A stretch of 64,000 nucleotides of DNA from an uncultured Spirochaetota bacterium. GTDB lineage: Bacteria > Spirochaetota > Brevinematia > Brevinematales > JAOACQ01. The position numbers were made by a program, and so were the translations under genes. The notes beneath the pieces are model-generated. The model made no database searches. It saw only the letters and a list, made by a program, of their open reading frames with translations, and had not been told where the DNA came from. Shown here one piece after another: positions 62,109-64,000 of this stretch; the stretch's first letter is position 1; every line of letters starts with the position of its first letter. The stretch is taken from assembly GCA_963783575.1 (NCBI GenBank), contig CAWAOD010000011.1:96001-160000 (forward strand). The letters are read 5' to 3'.

Positions 62109-63031
62109 GGCTGCGCATACCGGGTGCTCAGCTGGACAGGGACTCACTGCCGTTTATCCAAAACCTCGAACTGGCTGCCGATACAGGTTACCGGGCAGTA
62201 GAAATCTGCCCCGAGGACTTTGACGCTATTCATATGGGCATACTGGACCAGGCGGCGACAAAGAAAGTGGCAGGAATACTTAGCCGTTATAGTTTTGACG
62301 TCAGTGTTCATGTACCTATCGCACTGAACTTGATGAACCGCGAGTTTCCGGAATTACATTTCGCTGTTTTACTTAGCTGTCTGGAGTTTACCGGCTGCGT
62401 CGGAGGCCGGCTGCTGGTTTTTCATCCCTCCCGGTATGTCGATAATATCGAATTCGCCCGTTACGGGAAGGCGGTTCTTTCCGATTCGGAAAAAACAGCT
62501 TTTAATTCAAAAGAAGTTGAACTCCTCCGCAAGGCGGGAAATAAATTTCCGGAAATAATGATCGCTGTGGAAAACCACCGGCCTTACCTTGAGCATTCTC
62601 CCTATTCTTACGGTGAATTCCCGGGTGAAATTGCCTCAGTTGTTAAAGCGGTAGGCCTTCCGAATGTCGGAATGATGATCGATACCGGGCACCTTAACCT
62701 TTCGGCATCCTATCATAAGTTTGAAGCACTCCGGTCAGTTCTGGACACAGGTTTAAAAATGGAACACATTCACATCAATGATAATAATGGAATACCAACT
62801 TTTTATACTGAAAAAGATAAAAAGGCCCAGCTTCCTTTCGGCAGGGGGGATGAGCATGTACCGCCGGGTTATGGAATGATCGATTTTTCACGGTTTTTTA
62901 AATCAATTCCGGAATTTGGAGGCAGTGCCGTGATTGAATTGACAAATCATTGGTTTTATCCGGCTAAAATCAGGGAGTCGTTTCAATATATTGAGAAGAT
63001 TTTTTCAGAAATAAAAAAATCGGGGGTTTAA
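62096..63031 (+). CDS. AP endonuclease 2 / sugar phosphate isomerase TIM-barrel protein
   Basis: SVHVP, IAVEN, IDTGH, HIHINDN, DEHVPPGYG, IEL. Confidence 0.8.
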   Translation: MPRIGLRIPGAQLDRDSLPFIQNLELAADTGYRAVEICPEDFDAIHMGILDQAATKKVAGILSRYSFDVSVHVPIALNLMNREFPELHFAVLLSCLEFTGCVGGRLLVFHPSRYVDNIEFARYGKAVLSDSEKTAFNSKEVELLRKAGNKFPEIMIAVENHRPYLEHSPYSYGEFPGEIASVVKAVGLPNVGMMIDTGHLNLSASYHKFEALRSVLDTGLKMEHIHINDNNGIPTFYTEKDKKAQLPFGRGDEHVPPGYGMIDFSRFFKSIPEFGGSAVIELTNHWFYPAKIRESFQYIEKIFSEIKKSGV

Positions 63032-63037
63032 TAATAA

Positions 63038-63622
63038 ATGATGATAAATGGTTCCTCCGCTATCCGCCTTGTGATTGTTTCAATTCTGCCGGAACCGGTC
63101 TGCGCTGAAATTCATAAAATTCAGTCGGAATTATCCGAAATCTGCAGATCAGTTGAAGCCCTTTCTTATCCGCCCCATATTACGATAAGAACAGGGGTAA
63201 TTGTGCCGGCTGATAAAATGCCCGGCTTTATCTGCGAATTCGGAGAAATTATCGGCATACGTTCCCCGGTCAATGTGAAGACCGGCGGGCTGGTGAAAAC
63301 TGAATATATGGAAAGCGGATTAAAGAAATACATTGTTTTGTATTCGGTTGAAAAAACGGAGCGGCTTGTTCGGCTTAATAGGGATTGTTTGACTTATGAG
63401 AAATACAGGAAAAGCGGAAAGAAAGTATTTCAGCCCCATATATCGCTTGCTTATGAAGATCTATCTCTTCAAGGCTATGAAAAAGTCTGCCGGCATATTG
63501 AAGCGCACGAAAGCGATTATGAACGGACATTTGAATTTAATCTGAATAATGTTTCACTCTTGTATTTCTCCAATGGTTTCTGGGAAACAACGCATAGCTA
63601 TCAATTCGGAAATGCTTTATAA
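63038..63622 (+). CDS. 2H phosphoesterase (2'-5' RNA ligase-like)
   Basis: Two HxT/S motifs: PPHITI and FQPHISL. Confidence 0.8.
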   Translation: MMINGSSAIRLVIVSILPEPVCAEIHKIQSELSEICRSVEALSYPPHITIRTGVIVPADKMPGFICEFGEIIGIRSPVNVKTGGLVKTEYMESGLKKYIVLYSVEKTERLVRLNRDCLTYEKYRKSGKKVFQPHISLAYEDLSLQGYEKVCRHIEAHESDYERTFEFNLNNVSLLYFSNGFWETTHSYQFGNAL

Positions 63623-63637
63623 AAGAGGGTATTCAAC

Positions 63638-64000
63638 ATGACTTATATTGAAAATTTCAATGTTCTTCAGGGGAAAAAACTTTCAGCAGAACCGGCCATT
63701 GCTTCTACCGCGATTATTCATAAATGTTCAATCGGAAGCTACACTTCTATAGGTGAATTCACCAGTATCGCGGAAAGCGTTATGGATGATTATAGCTATA
63801 TCTGCGAATATGGTTGTTTAATTTATACCGAAATCGGGAAATTCTCCAATATCGCGGCACATTGCAGAATTAACCCGGGCAACCACCCATTAGAAAGGCC
63901 AAGCCTTCATCATTTCACATACCGGATGAAGCAGTACGGCTTCAGGGATGAAGACGATGACGAGTTTTTTAACTGGCGCCGTATCCAAAAGGTTCGCATT
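63638..64000 (+). CDS. Hexapeptide-repeat acetyltransferase of the phosphonate-operon type (runs off window end)
   Basis: Not in the ORF track. Manual translation MTYIENF...DDYSYIC...IGKFSNIAAHCRINPGNHPLERPSLHHFTYR...FFNWRR. Confidence 0.85.
   Translation, partial: MTYIENFNVLQGKKLSAEPAIASTAIIHKCSIGSYTSIGEFTSIAESVMDDYSYICEYGCLIYTEIGKFSNIAAHCRINPGNHPLERPSLHHFTYRMKQYGFRDEDDDEFFNWRRIQKVRI

Overview
AT-rich bacterial chromosomal window, probably from a diderm organism (TonB/ExbD, a POTRA/BamA-like protein, lipoproteins; a spirochaete host is a guess). 1-18.3 kb: housekeeping and signalling genes (gltX partial, glnS, tRNA-Gly, pgi, sod, two diguanylate cyclases, a Pif1-WYL helicase, Ogg). 19-25.7 kb: a heme-copper oxidase operon of type A2 with many frameshifts. 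26-34 kb: a pore-less voltage-sensor-like protein and a gshA / GshF-ATP-grasp / cysE operon. An IS110 element sits in the cysE Shine-Dalgarno site, and its ends, circle-junction promoter and a candidate ~165-nt bridge RNA can be read from the sequence. 34.4-54.1 kb: the most unusual region, a ~20 kb single-strand island with ten diverged paralogs of an unrecognised exported ~280-aa protein, three membrane-anchored LuxR regulators (two followed by the same palindromic operator at identical spacing), MBL-fold hydrolases, flavodoxins, an IS630 insertion and decaying copies. 55.6-64 kb: a C-P lyase operon (phnGHIJKLM) with unusual accessory genes. Several nested REP/MITE-like palindromic repeats are dispersed through the window, one of them read in-frame inside an ORF. 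All family assignments come from motif recognition by eye; no searches were run.
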